DNA from: an uncultured Flavobacteriales bacterium
GTDB taxonomy: Bacteria > Bacteroidota > Bacteroidia > Flavobacteriales_D > Sanyastnellaceae
Assembly: GCA_938092195.1 (NCBI GenBank)
Contig: CALKHD010000201.1
Span: 1 to 39,189, forward strand
Length of the DNA: 39,189 nucleotides
Direction of reading: 5' to 3'
The translations under genes were made by a program, and so were the position numbers. A model generated the notes under the pieces. The model saw only the letters and a list, made by a program, of their open reading frames with translations. It made no database searches and was not told the origin of the DNA. Below, piece after piece: positions 36,881-39,189 of the stretch (position 1 is its first letter; every line of letters begins with the position of its first letter).

Positions 36881-37540
36881 GTGTATCGCACCCGCATTCC
36901 GAGCGCCGTCCCTGCCCTGTTTCCAAAATTTCTCTGGACGGGGTCCGGTCCCGCCGTTCACTTGACATTCGACGATGGCCCACATCCGGAATGGACACCA
37001 TTTGTCTTGGACGAGTTGGGCAAGCACGGTCAAAAGGGGACGTTCTTTTGCGTCGGGGAAAACATCCAACGCTACCCCAAAATCTTTGAACGCATTCGCC
37101 AAGAAGGACATTCTTGGGGAAACCACACCATGGGGCACGAGTCAGGTTGGAACACACCGGACTTCACTTATTTCCGGAGTTTCCTGGAGTGCGAATCTTG
37201 GGCGGGCACAGGTTTGTTTCGACCTCCATACGGTCGAATCACACGGAGCCAAGCCCAAGCCATAGGCCGTCAAAGTCAAGTGGTGATGTGGAACCTTCTG
37301 ACCGGAGATTTTGACCGGCGTCGTTCAGGGGAGAGTTGTTTGAGTGCCACCCTTCGGGCGCTGAATCCAGGAACGATTGCGGTGATGCACGACAGCGACA
37401 AAGCGGGTCCTCGTCTGAAAATCCTGCTGCCTGGCGTGCTCCGTCACTTAAGCCTGATGGGGGTTGAAAGCGCGGCGATTGAAATGAAGCCAAAGGTGCC
37501 AAAGGAAGATTCCCACAGGGAACAGGGTGTCTTGTCCTAG
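36881..37540 (+). CDS. polysaccharide deacetylase (NodB-homology, CE4) family protein
   Basis: LTFDDGP, GTFFCVG and HSWGNHTMGH motifs. GTG start codon. Confidence 0.88.
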   Translation: MYRTRIPSAVPALFPKFLWTGSGPAVHLTFDDGPHPEWTPFVLDELGKHGQKGTFFCVGENIQRYPKIFERIRQEGHSWGNHTMGHESGWNTPDFTYFRSFLECESWAGTGLFRPPYGRITRSQAQAIGRQSQVVMWNLLTGDFDRRRSGESCLSATLRALNPGTIAVMHDSDKAGPRLKILLPGVLRHLSLMGVESAAIEMKPKVPKEDSHREQGVLS

Positions 37541-37578
37541 CCGTTTAGACTCTGTTTTTCCACATCTTAGGGCCCCCT

Positions 37579-38004
37579 ATGAAAGATTCGCCCCTGCGCA
37601 TATTGTACATCGATGACGATGAGATCTGCTTGACGTTGACACAGCTTCAGCTGATTCGGGCAGAAATGCACACCGAAACCACCACTGACGCATTGGAAGC
37701 TGTGGGGATTTTGTCGACCCAAGACTTGGATTTGATTTTGCTCGACTCCGTCATGCCCACCATCGATGGGCTTGAGTTCTTGCAACTGATGCGGGCCTTA
37801 CACTTGGAACACCCTGTTGTTTTCTACACGGGCTCCAACAGCAAAGAGCTTCAAGATTCGGTGAGTGAATTCGACGTTCTTGGGTTTTTGGATAAAAACG
37901 CCAACCGCATGGACCTTCCCATGCAGCTCACCGAGTTATACGCAAAGCACCGCAGGCCAATCAATCGGATTGGTGGCTTTGGCGAGCATCGCGCAGCATC
38001 TTGA
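37579..38004 (+). CDS. stand-alone response-regulator receiver domain protein (CheY-like)
   Basis: 141 aa. Acidic pocket IDDDE, phospho-acceptor context LILLDSVMP, YTGS and LDK positions. No output domain. Confidence 0.85.
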   Translation: MKDSPLRILYIDDDEICLTLTQLQLIRAEMHTETTTDALEAVGILSTQDLDLILLDSVMPTIDGLEFLQLMRALHLEHPVVFYTGSNSKELQDSVSEFDVLGFLDKNANRMDLPMQLTELYAKHRRPINRIGGFGEHRAAS

Positions 38005-39189
38005 GTTTGCGGCGGATCTCGTCCATTTCACGCTTGTCGGACTCGATTTTTTTCTGAAGGTCAGCCATGATGGAAGCGGCACCATTTCCGGTGAAAATCC
38101 CCATGTTGTTTTCGTACTGAGCCACCCGCTTGCGGAGGCGGTCCATTTTGTCCCGCATGATGCGCTCCTCTTTGCGGGCCATGTGCTCGGCGCCTTCTCC
38201 TGACACCATGCTCTCGACCCGGCTTTTGTAAGCCTCTACAGAGCGCTCGCTCCTCTTGGCACCGAGGGCGTCGTATTTCACGTCCATGGCCGCGCGATAG
38301 CGGTCAACAATTTGTTCGAACACCCGTCGAGGGACGTGCCCACTTTCTGCCCATTTCTGGGAAAAGGCCTTCAAGGACTGCAAGTCTGTACCGTGGTTGC
38401 CTGAAAGCTCAAAAGCCTCGATTTCCTTGATCAAGGCTTCTTTCTTGTCTTGGTTGGCCTTGTGTTCTTTGTCTCGGTCGGCATATATGGCCTTGCGTGC
38501 AGTGAAGAATTTGTCGCAGGCACCGCGGAACTTTCTCCAAAGTTTGTTCTCATCTCGGGGTCCTGCTGAGCCCAAGTCCTTCCATTCTTTCTGAAGGGCA
38601 ATGAGCTTGTCAGAGGAGTTTTTCCAGTCCTGGCTTTCGGCCAGTCCAGCCGCTTCTTCGGCAATGGCCTGTTTGCGCTCTTTGACTTTCTGTTGAGCGG
38701 CGCGCACATCGGAGAAAGCGGCATCGCGCTTTTGGAAGAACAAATCACAGAGGCTTCGGAATTGCTCCCAAACCTCTTGGTCGTCCTTCCGCCCTGCAAA
38801 GCCAACCATTTTCCATTGCTTCTGAAAAGCCTTGACTTTTTCAGCTTGGGGAGGCCATGCTGCGGGGTCGGTGATTTCCTCTTCAATGAGCCCACGGACT
38901 TCTTCGACGATGGCCTGTTTGGCTTCGAGGTTTTTTTGGAATCCCTCGCGAATGGAATCATAGTGGGCTTTGACCTGGTCCAGTGCTGCTCGGGTGTGAC
39001 CAAAAAAGGTGTCGGCCAATTCTTGGTAGGTCTCCCTGGGGCTCGGCCCCACGTCAAACCACGCCTTCATGTAGCTCCTTGAGAGCATTTCCTTTTCCTT
39101 CAGGTCGGTGATGCCCGCCAATTCCGAAGCTTGAGCGATCAGCTCCTCTTTTTTCTTCAGGTTGATCTTCAGGTCATTGTCCTGAAGTT
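37961..39189 (-). CDS. DUF349 domain-containing protein (C-terminal part; N-terminus lies beyond the window)
   Basis: Repeated alpha-helical DUF349-type units (QKQWKMVGFAGRKDDQEVWEQFRSLCDLFF; QKEWKDLGSAGPRDENKLWRKFRGACDKFF). The track start at 39121 is a TTG, and the frame stays open upstream to the window end (...LQDNDLKINLKKKEELIAQASELAGITD...). Confidence 0.8.
   Translation of the reverse strand, partial: LQDNDLKINLKKKEELIAQASELAGITDLKEKEMLSRSYMKAWFDVGPSPRETYQELADTFFGHTRAALDQVKAHYDSIREGFQKNLEAKQAIVEEVRGLIEEEITDPAAWPPQAEKVKAFQKQWKMVGFAGRKDDQEVWEQFRSLCDLFFQKRDAAFSDVRAAQQKVKERKQAIAEEAAGLAESQDWKNSSDKLIALQKEWKDLGSAGPRDENKLWRKFRGACDKFFTARKAIYADRDKEHKANQDKKEALIKEIEAFELSGNHGTDLQSLKAFSQKWAESGHVPRRVFEQIVDRYRAAMDVKYDALGAKRSERSVEAYKSRVESMVSGEGAEHMARKEERIMRDKMDRLRKRVAQYENNMGIFTGNGAASIMADLQKKIESDKREMDEIRRKLKMLRDARQSHQSD

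Noticed and set aside
1-39189. Scan for CRISPR arrays, IS elements, rRNA or other structured RNAs, and defence or toxin-antitoxin operons.
   Set aside because: No regularly spaced direct repeats exist outside coding sequence. Every intergenic gap is 172 nt or shorter. All ORFs longer than 100 aa that are not antisense shadows are accounted for by the features listed.

Overview
This looks like a compact Bacteroidota chromosomal segment, probably Flavobacteriia-like. That placement is an inference from a T9SS-type C-terminal sorting domain, the absence of Shine-Dalgarno sequences, a TAnnTTTG-type promoter box and a Cys-less DnaG zinc-finger variant. Almost all of the window is coding: 29 CDS, two of them cut by the window edges, plus one tRNA-Gln.

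Most genes are housekeeping:
- Minus-strand string from 8511 down to 1: polyprenyl synthase, MORN-like lipoprotein, LysM glucosaminidase, hmgA, hppD, a fused double ABC ATPase, enoyl-CoA hydratase, dut and a nucleotidyltransferase.
- yicC-gmk-nadD.
- prs-rplY-pth.
- A histidine kinase / OmpR-type regulator pair.
- dnaG, recJ, an aldehyde dehydrogenase and leuS.
- A polysaccharide deacetylase, an orphan receiver domain and a DUF349 protein.

The non-housekeeping content lies between about 18.9 and 33.8 kb:
- a lipoprotein carrying six DCGG-x-x-C-x-x-C cysteine repeats;
- a coiled-coil OmpA-family lipoprotein;
- a secreted protein with thirteen 14-residue YadA-head-like repeats and no membrane anchor;
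- a 9.9-kb ORF encoding a 3,313-aa cysteine-dense mosaic protein. It combines ACNY-motif modules, thrombospondin-type-3-like calcium loops, about 18 HYR-like units, two pairs of duplicated unnamed modules and a T9SS tail.

I found no CRISPR array, integrase, transposase, reverse transcriptase, toxin-antitoxin pair or recognisable defence operon. The best candidate for something undescribed is therefore this cell-surface gene set and the unnamed repeat families inside it. I cannot demonstrate a multi-gene system from sequence alone. All domain calls come from motif reading by eye and no database searches were run.
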